Source: a virus
Virus record (IMG/VR): IMGVR_UViG_3300025141_016306
Coordinates: 18,617-82,616 of that record
Direction: 5' to 3' (one strand)
Length of the DNA stretch: 64,000 bases
A program made the translations under genes and the position numbers. Shown piece after piece: positions 10,773-23,500 of this stretch (the stretch's first letter is position 1; every line of letters begins with the position of its first letter). The notes under the pieces were generated by a model. That model made no database searches. It was not told where the DNA came from and was given only the letters and a program-made list of their open reading frames with translations.

Positions 10773-12254
10773 TTATTCTTCAACTCTAAATCTAAACGTT
10801 TCCGGTTGCTCCGCGTATTTGCCATTAATTTTGTAAGCGAGACCAATAGAATAAACCGTATCTGTCTCTAACATCCCCATATCAAAAGTAAAATAGCTGC
10901 CGCTCGCATCGTAAGACATTTTAGTTTGATTTAAACTACCGGTGCCAAAAGGCGCCACTTTAAACTCATCCGACACTCTTTCTATTTGATAATAGGCATT
11001 TTCGATAAGGTAGTTGGGGATGGCTTTGCTAGCCTTCACATAAATATTAGGAGACCAATTCTTTTTGCGCGTATACACCCTAAAGAAGGCATTTCTCTCT
11101 TGCTGGGTATATGAGCTTTTCATATTTGTAATATTTGATACAAACGTTGGATTGGCGTTATAATCTTCTGAATCAAAAGTTTTAAGAGTTATCGCCGAAC
11201 CAGTGTGGTATTCTACCGAAGCACTGTGCCATAGATCAAAAAGCGTCGTGATGCTCGAAGATGCATATGCAAATGATGCGGTGTAGATTCCTGTTTGAGA
11301 CCATCCACCGGTGACATTAACATCTCCGGTTGTCGCGATGCCTCCACCCACCGGGAGAAATAACTGCGAACCGGAAGGTGTGGTGTTTGTAGCTGAGCCC
11401 GAGTAAATGCTTACATTTATAGTCCCGGTGCCTACATCGGGGATATCCGTCAGTTGTCCTTTCACTATATTGTAAAGATATAGGGTCATGAGATTGTCCG
11501 CGGCGGGGAGAAGCGAAGAACTTAGATAGAAATTTCCTCTATTATCGGTCTTAGAGCTGTCCCAGCGAGCCTCGATAATGGGTCTTTTGAAGAAATACTG
11601 CGATTCTCGCGCAAAGAACATTTTGGTATAATAAGAAACCTCTGCGTCCTCTTGGCTAGCTGTGAGGAAAATACCCAAACCGTTATTGGTTTTGCTTCCT
11701 AGAATATTGCCTGCAGTGTCGAGCCATTGTTCAACAAGAGGGGTAATATTTATTTCCATATCCTCAAAACCTGTGTCAAACGTCTGCTGAAAGGATGAGG
11801 AATTATCGGTGAAATAGTCGCCGCCTTGGGTCGACCACTTTACGGTGGGGCCGTCACTTGCAGTAATCCAGTTGGATGCGTCAATGTCCGAATAGTTTTC
11901 CATGTCAAGACCAAGACCTTCCTGCCAAGCCGTAGAAACCGCGGAGGCGGTCAGCGTAAAATCTTTTGGGGTTGGCTGGGAATGTTCCGCGTTAAACATC
12001 CGCAGATAAAAAGAAACGCTACCGCTAGCTGGTACATCGCCCGCTGTGCGGTCTGTGGCAATATCAGTAATTGGAAATTGAACGAGAATTCGGGCGTTCT
12101 CCGAAGAAGATGAGGCGGCCTGCCCATAAATATGGAACACTTCCAAAATGTCGGATTGGCCCATATTTCCAGAAACGCCGCGCGTGGTAAGATTGGCCTT
12201 ATACGCGTTTGTGATCGTGTTATCTTGGTTTGCTGTGTATCTTTTTATAGCCAT
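10773..12254 (-). CDS. Virion structural protein, beta-rich, possibly a DNRLRE/CBM96-like domain
   Basis: 493 aa; DNTI...RILVQF...YLRMF...WQEG...INITPLVEQWL...NNGL pattern; translationally coupled to the gp6-like gene. Confidence 0.55.
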   Translation of the reverse strand: MAIKRYTANQDNTITNAYKANLTTRGVSGNMGQSDILEVFHIYGQAASSSSENARILVQFPITDIATDRTAGDVPASGSVSFYLRMFNAEHSQPTPKDFTLTASAVSTAWQEGLGLDMENYSDIDASNWITASDGPTVKWSTQGGDYFTDNSSSFQQTFDTGFEDMEINITPLVEQWLDTAGNILGSKTNNGLGIFLTASQEDAEVSYYTKMFFARESQYFFKRPIIEARWDSSKTDNRGNFYLSSSLLPAADNLMTLYLYNIVKGQLTDIPDVGTGTINVSIYSGSATNTTPSGSQLFLPVGGGIATTGDVNVTGGWSQTGIYTASFAYASSSITTLFDLWHSASVEYHTGSAITLKTFDSEDYNANPTFVSNITNMKSSYTQQERNAFFRVYTRKKNWSPNIYVKASKAIPNYLIENAYYQIERVSDEFKVAPFGTGSLNQTKMSYDASGSYFTFDMGMLETDTVYSIGLAYKINGKYAEQPETFRFRVEE

Positions 12255-14044
12255 TATAATACTTCTCCGTCAATATCGGTAAGGGGAGACTTAATTTCGA
12301 AAATAACATTTGATGGTGCCGACAAAAAGCGGCCGCCGTTGCTTATTAATTGGCTATAGGGAAGGCTAAAAGCCGAATAGGCGCCGCCACTTACGGGCTC
12401 CACTATAACATTTTTTACATCCGCGACCGCAGGAATGTTGTTGAGTAATTTATATACTGTTGTAATCTGGAAAGGTTCCCCAATGTCCAGGTACCGAGTT
12501 CCAAAATATTGAGAGAGCGTGCTCAAGCATGTTTCCAAGACATCGTATTTGTTAACGTTCATATTGGCGATGACGCTAAATTGAATCTTTATGTTTTGGA
12601 TATTGGCGTCTAAGATGTCTATGGTATCGCCCAGCATTTTATATTTACTGATCCAAGTTTTTAGATTCTGTTTAATCGTAGAGTTTGTTTGGGTCAGGAG
12701 TCCTGCCTGATCTGTCGAGATTACATACAAATTAAGGTTCTTTCCGTTAAACGAATCCGTGTCGCGCTCAACTTTAGCCTTTTTAACTTGGCCAAAGTTA
12801 GACGGCATATTATAGATCATGTTAACGTAATCTTGCTTTGTAACTGCACGATTCTGCGTACCGTATGCCCCATAGCCTCTCATTTTTATCTCATCAAGAG
12901 ACATATCCGAAACATCCCCTGTTATTGGTGATTCGTTGGTGACCTCCAAACTAGCTCTCACAGTCGCCATTTTTGTGCCAGTGAGGGTGCCCTCGTTGAG
13001 AAACTTGTAAAGAGGGGTCGCCACTTTGGATAAAGCGCCTACGCCCACATTCACCGTAAGAGCGCTATTTCTTCTATAAAGCACTGTTAGAACTGTATTG
13101 GTGGGGGGGACACCCATCTTATCTGTTTGGACAAGAACTGTTGGATCAAAGGCTTTATCGGTGATATAATTTTTCCCAAATATATCCAGTATCACCTCTG
13201 TGGGATCTAGCTCTCGTTCGATGTTGTTATCTGTGCCCGAGCCAAATTGGAGGGTGGTCTTGGAAAAGGTCTGCTCCATCACAAATCGGCGTGGCACTGC
13301 TACGGGTTTTAAAATGTTTTCTACTGTTTTTTTGTTGGCTTTGGTGTTCAGTACCGGCACATACACTGTATCTTGGGTGAGATAATCTACTTCATAGTAG
13401 TTGTTTCCGTCTGCGTCAAAAACAGATATAACTTCGGTCAAGTTGGGGTCCTCTATTTCGATGCGCAAAAACTTTTGATAGTTGCCCACCTCAAATGTTT
13501 CAGACATTAGCTCTCCGGACATTACGAGACCCTTTAATTTGACAGCGTATCGAGAAGGAGTGGTTCCATCAGTATTGGCCGCTGCCACAACTATATCAGT
13601 GGACTCGCTAAAATCTAAGTCGTTAATTAGGGTAAACATTTGGTTAGCCGTGGTGCTAATAGTCGTTCCGCGTTTTAAAATGGGCGCGTATGTCCAATCA
13701 GGGGCGGTGGCGTCGGCTTGGGAAGGTAGCGAGATAAAAAAGCTCGCCTCTCCATGGGATGCGGCATTAGCGCGAAATTTATAACCCAATGCTTTGGAAA
13801 GTTTAATAACGCTCTCAGTTTCGATAGCTGTATTCAAAAACGACTCGTTGGCCTGGTAGTCAACATAGAAAGAAAGCATGTCACCAATATAAGACACCAT
13901 GTCGACCATCAAAGACCCGAACGAAGATTCATTGAAATCTCGATATGTTTCCGGGTAATACTTTTGAGCGTAGTTGAGAAGATCTTCTTTGATAGAGGCA
14001 AAATCTCTAGAGGTGTAGTTTATTAAAGGTTTTTTAATTTTCAT
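12254..14044 (-). CDS. Baseplate wedge subunit (T4 gp6 / baseplate J-like)
   Basis: N-terminal INYTSRDFASIKEDLLNY...DFNESSFG...DMLSFYVD...NESFL and the QNRAVTKQDY motif typical of gp6-like proteins; directly downstream of a gp25-like gene. Confidence 0.85.
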   Translation of the reverse strand: MKIKKPLINYTSRDFASIKEDLLNYAQKYYPETYRDFNESSFGSLMVDMVSYIGDMLSFYVDYQANESFLNTAIETESVIKLSKALGYKFRANAASHGEASFFISLPSQADATAPDWTYAPILKRGTTISTTANQMFTLINDLDFSESTDIVVAAANTDGTTPSRYAVKLKGLVMSGELMSETFEVGNYQKFLRIEIEDPNLTEVISVFDADGNNYYEVDYLTQDTVYVPVLNTKANKKTVENILKPVAVPRRFVMEQTFSKTTLQFGSGTDNNIERELDPTEVILDIFGKNYITDKAFDPTVLVQTDKMGVPPTNTVLTVLYRRNSALTVNVGVGALSKVATPLYKFLNEGTLTGTKMATVRASLEVTNESPITGDVSDMSLDEIKMRGYGAYGTQNRAVTKQDYVNMIYNMPSNFGQVKKAKVERDTDSFNGKNLNLYVISTDQAGLLTQTNSTIKQNLKTWISKYKMLGDTIDILDANIQNIKIQFSVIANMNVNKYDVLETCLSTLSQYFGTRYLDIGEPFQITTVYKLLNNIPAVADVKNVIVEPVSGGAYSAFSLPYSQLISNGGRFLSAPSNVIFEIKSPLTDIDGEVL

Positions 14045-14059
14045 CGTTTAAAAATCTTC

Positions 14060-14464
14060 CTATGCAAATTGTATTTTGGTTACTTCTAATATGTCTGAAA
14101 AATTGAATGCAGGCACTGAATAGTATATCGCCAAATCTAAAGTATACTGTGTCTCCGAAGCCGCATAGTTAGGATTGTGACGCGTAAACTCAATGTTACT
14201 CACTTCAATATAGGGCAAATAGGTTGCGACCTGATTCTCGATTCTGGAAGAGATCTCTGCCTCCACCGTATCATGTTGGTTGCTGAACAAATAGTTTCTC
14301 AGACCCACTCCAAACTCAGGGATCATGACCCTTTCACCGGGAGAGGTCAGCAAGAGATTTTTAAAATTTTGCTTGCTATTGGCGGCGATGGTTTTCGTTA
14401 AAGCGTAATAGCCGTCCTCTTCGCTTCTCTGTAATGGTATAATTGGTGAAAATCCGAAAGCCAA
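14060..14464 (-). CDS. Baseplate wedge protein, gp25/GPW family
   Basis: KQNFKNLLLTSPGERVMIPEFGVGLRNYLF matches the gp25 signature (LLT..GER...PEFG..L); TTG start with GAGAGGG upstream. Confidence 0.88.
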   Translation of the reverse strand: MAFGFSPIIPLQRSEEDGYYALTKTIAANSKQNFKNLLLTSPGERVMIPEFGVGLRNYLFSNQHDTVEAEISSRIENQVATYLPYIEVSNIEFTRHNPNYAASETQYTLDLAIYYSVPAFNFSDILEVTKIQFA

Positions 14465-14483
14465 TGTTCTTTCCCTCTCAAGA

Positions 14484-14495
14484 TATAATTAGGTT
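14484..14495 (-). promoter_or_regulatory. Putative phage-specific (late) promoter motif AACCTAATTATA
   Basis: One of at least six copies of CTA(A/T)TTA found just upstream of gene starts; here about 20 nt before the gp25-like gene. Confidence 0.5.
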
Positions 14496-14546
14496 TCTTG
14501 CCTAGAAATCACTTCATTTTAAGTAATTGTTATTTTGGGCCTTTCT

Positions 14547-17500
14547 CTACGTTTCCTCCGCGGTTGGCGGTGGCGTTTCGTTCGGCGGTTCTGGGGGCGT
14601 CTCTGTGCTGGGTGGCAGCAGAAGGGGTCCGTACTTGATTTGCTTGGCTTCGCCGGCGACTAAGTGGTCGCACGACGGCGGCTCCACTCTCATATCCTGT
14701 GCTGAAGAAAAGTTTGGGTTATAGCCGTTCAGAAGTTTAGCTGCGACACCAATGGGAGTGAAGGGCCCAGGGCCCCCTTTCCATATCCATGGGGTTTTCC
14801 AGAAGGGATCAACAGTATTGGCCATGGCACCTAAAAATGATTTAAGTATGCCTAGACCGATGGCCCCCAGATCAATATTAAACGCCGGCGACCCATCCCC
14901 CGCGGCGGGGGTTCTTTGGTAATCTCCGGTCGCGACCGCGACTGCTGACAAGAGTGTTTCTGTGGCCGCGGCGGTGGTGCCATCAAAATTGTATTCGACA
15001 GCGGGGTAGTATTTTTCAAGCAAAATTCGGAACATGAGCGTTAAAATTGTTGACTGTTCCTTCACGAAAAAGCTTTGCAGCAGTTTCGTAAAGAATTCTC
15101 TTTTTTCGCAGGGGGCGCCTTCGATCATTTTGCCCATAAACTCTTCGGGTCCTACCTTTTTGTCCGCAAACTTAGCAGTTAATGTATAGATATCTTTTTT
15201 AATTTCATTTTTGTCAAATAATACATCTTTAATATCGGCAATTTGGTCAAAAGCCGGAGCGTTGTATTCGTAAGGATAAACGCGGGTGTTGCCCAGGACA
15301 TCAAGCAGTGTCCCCTCTGCATTCTGGAACCCAAAAAACTCTGCTAGAGTGTTAGACTTCCAGGTCAGGAGGTCGGCGCCCCCGCCTACGTTCGCATCCC
15401 AAGCGTTGCCACCGGTGCCTGTGGTTGACCAGTCGCTCTTTTTAATATATTGCAATTCATTATAAGCAGTGAGCGATGTTACCTCCTCATCGTCGAGGTC
15501 TTTCCAAGTTTCCCATTGAGCCCCTGGTCGTATTTTGGCGCACAGGTCAGCCGAGCCCCAATTAGCTTTGGGGTCTGCAAAGTCGGGGAGCGCGACCTTC
15601 ATCAACTCTTCGCCGAACTCGTTCAGTGACAATTGATAGAGGAAATCTTGCACAACTTTGGCATATACGTGCTGGTGGATTGTGAAATCGTACCCATTAT
15701 AGCCCGTTTGCCCCGGCTCGTTGCCTTCGCCATCACCGGGATACCATGGGGCAATTTTGGCCGCGGATACACCATGAGCGCCGACATGTTCAATCATCGC
15801 TAGCTGTTCGTCTATCCATCCGTTTAAACCGTTAATATTAAGGGTCTGCAGATACGAAATGATCTGCACTGCATGCGGTTTGAGGAAATCGAATGACTCT
15901 TTGCCATAAAGAGTTTTACCTAGCGCAGCTAAATAAGCGGTTTTCATATTCTTAAAAATGGCCTCCTTTTTGGCCGATTTTGAGCCGTCGTATCCAGTCG
16001 CGGCGCCGTTGGCCGATGCCCGGATTACATCGTCATTAAAGAAGCAAAGGTTGTTGAGTTTACCCTCGTCGACAATATGGAGCCAGTGCCTCCACCACCA
16101 TTGCGTAAAACGATGATAACCGCGGTATCCGCCATCATAATGGCCACCCGCGTCGTGAGAGGGGGCCAAGTGGAAGTCCGCAGTACTGCTGGACTTCGCT
16201 GGGCCCCAGCCGCTTGTTTTAGAATACGCTACTTCGCGCCATTTCGTCTTTTCTGCCCACCGCGTAATTTGCCGGCCGCGGGGCCAATCCAACTTGCGAA
16301 TCACATCGCTATACCCATAAGGCCCTCTTCGGGTCACAGAATTTAATATGTCCATATGGACACCGGTGGCGTCGTTGTCTTTGCGTTGATCATGCCACTT
16401 CCATTCCACTCCGAACAGCCATGGCCATTCGAATGACACGTCACCGCGGGGATTTTCTTTGTAATTGGCGGCTGAATAGGTGTCATAGATGTTTTTAAAG
16501 TCTTCGTAGTCGGTCTTTTCGATGCCGATAGATTTCATTTTAGCCTCGGAAAAGAAATCATTCCATGTGGGATGCTTGTAGGTCTCTTGGGCGCTCTGTG
16601 TATTTTTCTTATAAATTTTATAAGCAAAATCAAACCAGTTGGACTGAAAGTCGGGCGCTATTTGGGTTTGCACTGTGTAGACTGGAAACGTCACATAGCG
16701 GTGCGGTTTTCCGCCGTCAATTGTGGTCCGGGAATCGATAAGGTCGACCTTTCCTGTCTTTTCGCGCAAAAGGAACATGGCCAATTCGGCTGAGGATTTT
16801 TCGTCGACTGCACCGGCGAGATCCGCGCCAAGAGCGGATGCATCAAAATTATCTCGGATGTCGGGTCGATCAATTTCGGATACGTATTGAGCAACTCTTG
16901 TAGTGAACTTAATCTCCAAAATATCATTTACCGGTTGAGATAAAAACCATGTAAAAAAGTTCACCCGGGTGTGGTGTTCAAGCCCCGGTATTGATTCGAT
17001 TTTATTTTTCTCTTCGTCTGAAAGATATTTCCACCAGGAGCGGTCCTTGTCCGTCTGCGCGGAATGTAGCGCTTCGTCTCCATACTGCTGGAATAAAAGG
17101 GTGTAGAGCGCCTGGGTCTCGGAGTTGGCGTTAGCTGCAGCGAAGCTGGGGTCGAGAATGTTGGTGCCCATCCCGACGGCGCCGACAATGTCCTGTTTGC
17201 GCGGCAGCAAGCTGCCAATATCGCTTAGCGTAAACCCATTTGCATAAGCGTCGCGGAACTTCCAGGCCGTTGAATGGGTTCTAAACAAGTCCGGAGCGTG
17301 GGCCACTCCAGCGGCGTCCACTCCCTTCCCCGCTCTCCATGGGTAAAGAAATTGACTCACCATGGTCTCGAAATCATTAATATAAATCTTGCCCGTCATC
17401 GCCCATTCCATCTCAGGGTATTGTTTCATAAGAGCTACCTTGTCGTCGTCCGTGAAATCAGGGTCAAAATTATACCGGAACACTTTCCAAAACAATGAAT

Positions 17501-20500
17501 GTTCGCGGAGCGGCTCAAACGCGTTCTCCCATCGTCCTCCCGCCAGTCCTCCCTGGGCATAGTTCCATGCAGACCCTAGTGGGGTATAATAATGCCTGTC
17601 CGACTCGATGCTGCCATTGGTTTCGATTAACGTATAATCTTTATGCAAAAGAGGCCTAATCTGAGGGAAAAGCAGTATTAGCTTCGTTTCATTAAGAAAG
17701 TTTGCCACTTGTTTGCGCGGCAGCGCTTGGTTCGAGACGGCTGCGCTTTCCCACATTGCGAATTCGTTACGTAACAGGTTTCTCTGCTTTTCCGTCAACT
17801 TGGTGAAAAAGTTTTGCCTATAATTCAATTCTACAAGCTTCTCGGTTACAAAGCCCGAATTGACTCCGCCCAACGCCTTTTCTAGATCATTGGTTTTTAT
17901 TGCAGTGGGGGGATTTGCTGAGAAATTGCGCATGGGTTCATGATGGCGTCTTTGGAATGTAAATTGATTGGACGTTTTGGTCTGACCGGCGGTCTCATCT
18001 ATCAGGTCAAAAAAGAGCATCGTTTCTTCGTGGTGCCATGCCGAAAGGCCTACCCCGCCCTCCTCCGTGAGATCTTTCGAGGTGCTGTCGGCGACGGCTT
18101 CCATGGCGTCGCCGATGTCGGCCCAAAGGCCCCCAAACGCGCCTTCATCCAGCACGGTGTCGAGCAGCTCACTCGCTTCCAGCTCGAAGCTGCCTAATTC
18201 TTCGGCATATGGGCTCTTTGTGCCGGTGTGGAGAGCGTACGCTCCGCCATGGCCATCTTCCAAGGGCACCGTGAGATCGATTTCCCATGCGTCTCCCATT
18301 CCGTTGAGATAAGAGGTTAATTGTTCGTTTTGCAAAACCTTTAATTGGTCGGATTTTTCAATCACATCCAACAACTTCAAATGAGTCTCGTTCGCGGTTG
18401 TCCCTGCTTTGGTACCCGGGTCTGTGATTGCCACCTGCTGAACCAATCGTCTATCAAAATATCCGGGAGTGTTGTCAAGTTCTTCAGGCATGCCTTTGAA
18501 AAGCATATTTTTCACATACTGCACCTGCTCATGAATGAGAATGTCCAAGGCCGTTCGAGTGCTCATCGTTTCGTCCATATAGACAATACGGGAAATGTCG
18601 CGAATGAACTCTTCCATAATTTCAGTATAAAAGTCGTCAATACCGCTGCCGGCAACTGTTTTAAACTGTCTTTGCAAGGCTCTCTCAATTTCTTCAAAAA
18701 GATAGACATCAAAGAAGGCCTGACGTTTTAACGGCGAGCCTGCTACGGATTTGGCCATCTCGGTGGCGTATTGACCCTCTGTGTTGGCAAAGCCAAAGAT
18801 AAAAAGACTTTTCATTACCTCTTTAACGACGATGGAGCGCACCACGCAATCCAATGCAATTTTAATATAGGCAAGATTGGTTGCGTTTTTCTGGACCGCC
18901 ATTGGGTTGACGCACTTGAGCGCATCAGTCAAATTTTGAACCTGGGCGTTTAGCACCTTGTGATTGAAAAACCCGAGGAAACATTCCCCTGCGGCGGTTT
19001 GTGGAATTGCCTTTGTTAGCCTCAATTTCTCAAATATTTGAAGATTGAGGTTGATGGGCTGCCCCTGCTGTTGACGCACATCTAAAAATAAACCGTTCCG
19101 GGACGTTGAAGTCAACAAGTCATGAAACATGTCATTTAATGCTGACATATAAAGATCATTGTCTCGAACAAACTTTTCCAAATTTATTGAATGTGTGTTG
19201 GTTGAGTCACTCATACGACGTCCCGCATAAAACGAGCCTGAAACATATTTGCTCTGGAAATGTTCAAGAACAGGCGGTTTTTCTGTGGCGTATGTATACA
19301 CAGACGAGCCCTCGGCGCCTAGAACAGATAAAACCAAATTCGCCTGATTCGACTCTGGGAAGTAAAGATCCAACTCCGCAACAGCGTCTTCCGCTAGCGC
19401 GGCGGCGGATTCGGCGGCAGCTTCTGCTGCAACCTCCGCTTTGGATGGCGCGCCGGGAAGCCAAGATTCCGATTGATTGTGAAGGTAGAGGCAGACAGCG
19501 TTCATTTTTGCCCAGCGCTCTTCTTTAATTTTCTTCCTTCGTATGGCCTCCCACAGAGTGTCGCTGTATGGTGAGCCCATGCCCTCAAAATATTCTATAT
19601 CTAGAGGGCCGGTGTTTATCCAGGCTTTGACCTGATCATAAATCTCCAGCATGACCGGCCAATCCTCGTAGGTAATGCCCGTCACCGCGGTGGAGTCCTC
19701 GGGGTAGAGAACGCTGCCCCATTTGGATGCTGGGTTTACCGCAAGCTTGTTTGCGCATGCTGCGAATTTTTGTTTATATTCTGTTTGCAATGTGGGCAGT
19801 GATTCCTGAAAGTCGCTTATCTGCGTGGCCGTCGGAACATACTCATCCAGCGGGACGTCTACGGTGACGTTATAATACGTCTGTGTCGACTGGTTGAGGG
19901 CCTCCACCTGCTTTTTGGGGTCCAAGTGCATATGCATCGCTTTTCGAATCTTTTCGGTATCAGAAGGGGGGGAGCCAGGAACAGAAGAGGCGTCGACAAT
20001 GAGTTTTGCATTCTCCCAGCGCCTAACGCAGCTGCTGTCCTGGTCCGCGATGCCCATCAGCACGAAATTTTTGCCGTACCAAATCTGGTGTACTGAGGCT
20101 GCTATAGCGAAGCCCCATTTTTGCGCCTCTTCGTCATCCCAGCCCGTCTCCGAATCCAACAGATATTGGAATTGGCTGACCTGTGGGTCTTGAAACACAT
20201 ATGAGCCGACTTGCATCGTCAGGGTCGTCTGCAACAGCGGCGCAATCGCAGGGAAGGGTGTATTCGCGTAGAAAAACTGAATGCGTCTATCGATATCCAT
20301 GCCATCAGGAAGCGCGCTAGGGTCAAAACTGAACATGATGCGTTTGCCGTCGGGAGACGCCGTAAAAAAGGCTGTTTTTGCTGCCGCATCTTCAGGGTTA
20401 AGCATAGAAATAATAGCACTTTGAAGCCTTGAGGCTGCAATGCCTGAATTTCTGCGCTCTGCGGTAGGCAAAAGCGCGATGCGCATCGCCTCGATTTCAT

Positions 20501-23500
20501 CGTCATCCGAGTCCGGGCCGGCAATCCTATTCGCGTTATATGGGGGCACCACGGATATCCCACCTTGTTCCCCGATAAACCCATATAAGTCTCTATATAT
20601 ATCTTTGATGCGACTTATTTCTATCTCAAAAACATTCTCCAAGTTCCCAAAAATAGCGTTGGCCGCCTGGGCGCTGGCAAACTTTTGGGATTCATGGTAT
20701 GGATCAATAGACGGTTTGCTTTCGTCGTTATCATCATCGGAACAAGTCTGAGTGGGCGTCATTGGACCGCCCAAAATGTCCCCAACGTTGTTAAGTGCTT
20801 GATTTAACAGGCTTCTGCGGTTTGCGTCTGCATCCGACATGGCTTTCATAAGCTCTTCTGGGGTCATGTATTTCGACAACTCTAACTTCTTGATGTCTTC
20901 GTTTGTTGCCCCGCAGAGGTTTAAAATTATTTTTCTCTGCCTATCGTATGCGTTTCTAGCTGCAATGAGCAGAGCGGGATCGATGTCTTTGGCAAGCATC
21001 TCAACAAAAGCATATACACCGTTCTCGTTAACATAGTATTCATAAAACTGCGTGCCTTGAAGGTATTGCAAAGATTTCAACAAATCCAACAATTTATAAT
21101 GGAGGCGGTTGGAGCCCGTTTGACGCAGCAATGCCACCATTTCGTTAATGGTAAAAGCAGCCGAGATATCAGCCAATAATTTCTTGTATTCTGCCAAGGT
21201 TAACTTTGTGGCGGCGGAGATCTCAATGAACCCTTTGCTGTTTTTAACGCTGCCGGAGCGGGCGCTAGCGTTCATAAACTCGCTAAGATCTATTTTTCCG
21301 AGGGGAGTTTCAGGTGCATTGGCTTTTTCTGAATCTGAACACGCTGACATTAAACTTCTCATAATATACATGATGCCATTTACGATCAGATCTCGAACCA
21401 AATTCATGGCCAAGTCATAAAGCGCTTCTTTGAACCCCTCCAGGATATCCAGAACAGGGAAATCAGTCTGCAAGAACATCTCCACCCTGCGCTCTGCCGC
21501 TTCCGCAACCTTTTCGGCATCTTCTCCGATCTTTTTGGCAACTTCCTCTGCATTAGAGATTAAGTAATAGAGTGCATAAAGCGCGGCGGGTACAATAGCA
21601 AAAATCGCTGCGCAGATCAAAAGGCCGTCGTCCGGATCGTTAAAGAGATCGTCCAAGACCCCCTCTGCCGCTTGTTTGCCGCCCTTCATTTCAAAGCTTT
21701 TCTTAAAGGTGGCCATGGCACCTGTGTCGATCTTTTCAATATGCGCCAAAATTAGACCGCAAAGAGGGCGCAAATCGTTTTGGAAATGCTTCTGCCGCTC
21801 TTTCTTTTTCAGACCGGTCCAGTAGCCCGTCAATCCCAGTGTCTTTTTTGCGTCGTTGTATTTTGTGAGCACTTCTGGTCCGAAAGTTGTAATTGCGCGA
21901 TGGGATGATGCGCCACCGTCGCCTAATTTTAGAAAACGTTCGATTGCGCCGACTTCGTTGGTTTGGCTCAGCGCAACACCGGGCGGTGCTTCAGAAAAGG
22001 GATTCACTGTGGCCAAAATGGGGATGAACGTGTTGATGAGGAATTCATAGGCGTCGACTTGTTTCTGAATTGCGCCTGACGCTTCTTCTAATTCGTCAAT
22101 CTCCCCTGTTAACTCAGAAAGTTCTGCTTGGTAGGTCTCTAAGAGATGGCGCTCGTTGGGTGGCACTTTATTTTTACCCAGTAATTTCTCTCGTTCCTGC
22201 TGCTCGGTGATTCGAGCTTCGAGCGCTTGCACGCGTTTTGCCTTGCGCGCAATTTTATTATCCAAATTTGGGCTGACAAAAGAGTCGTCGGCTGGTTTGT
22301 CTTGACGCGCGGCTTGTGCCCTTTTCGCGGCCCATTGTTCGTTCAAGTCTACAAGAAAAAGTTCCAAATTCTCTTTCTTTTGCCATGTGGACAGTTGATT
22401 ACCGACAGAGATGGATTCCCCGATTTTCTTCGCGCCCCAAGCTGCTGCGCTAGCGACGCCATCTTGCAGCCCTTTATCCAAAGTTTCCATGGCAGCAGAT
22501 AATTTCGCTGCTATCGCTTGGCCCTGCGGGCCCTGTTTTGCGACAGCGTCGACAATTTCATCCTGATAAGACCGATACTTCATAATGGCGCTGCGGCAAA
22601 ATTGCCTCTTAAGTTCATCAATGCCCAAAAGCTGCATGAGGCATTGCGCCGACATTTTTATCAAGTGTGGGATCGAAATATGATTTAGCACCGACTTATA
22701 AAGATCATCGATGTCATCAATATTCTCAAATTTCCCCATCATAAAATTGTCGCCAAGGACATCGCCAATTTTCTCATATTGCGTGGCGACTTCTGCCCGG
22801 GCATTTTGTTTCGCCATCTCGTTTATGCTAGCCTTCGAGGGGCGCGTCTTTTTATAAAAATCATCATCCAAAAGCCGCACATCCCCAATAAGAAACTCTT
22901 CAATTATCGTTTTGGTTACCGCGGAGTGAGTAAAATAAGGCATCGGATAGATATATTTCCGAAGAAACTTTTCGCAATCTTCCGGCTTTTTAAAAGGAGA
23001 ATTCGCCGTGACAGTGTATTTTGCAAAAATTTCTTTTAAATGTACAATCAGCGCGTTGGTGGTTGGGTTGAGGAAAAGCCGATGGTTGACGAGAGAGTCC
23101 TGTCGCAAGGATTGTGCAAATTCCTCCTCTGATTTCCAGGCGCCGGCGGAAAGGCGTTGCCATTCCCATGTTTTCTTCGAATCTTTGGGCTCAAACACTG
23201 CGATGGGGGCGCCTGGATGTCGATGGCTGCCTACTTTTAGATCAGTTAAACTGAAGCTCATGTCGAATTTAAAGTTTATCATTGTTGAGGGAGGGATCTT
23301 TGGCTTCCCGCTGGCACCTGCTGGGAGCGCGTTTCTCACAACCGTCCCAATATCCGTTTGTAATGCGACTAATCGGTCAATTTGAAGTTGCAAGTTAAGG
23401 GGCTTTTCAAGCTTTATACCATAAGCCCTTATTCTATTATCCAAGTCGGTGAGAACTTTAGTCGCGAGATCTGCGTATGCTTTTAACCCTTGAAGAGAGT

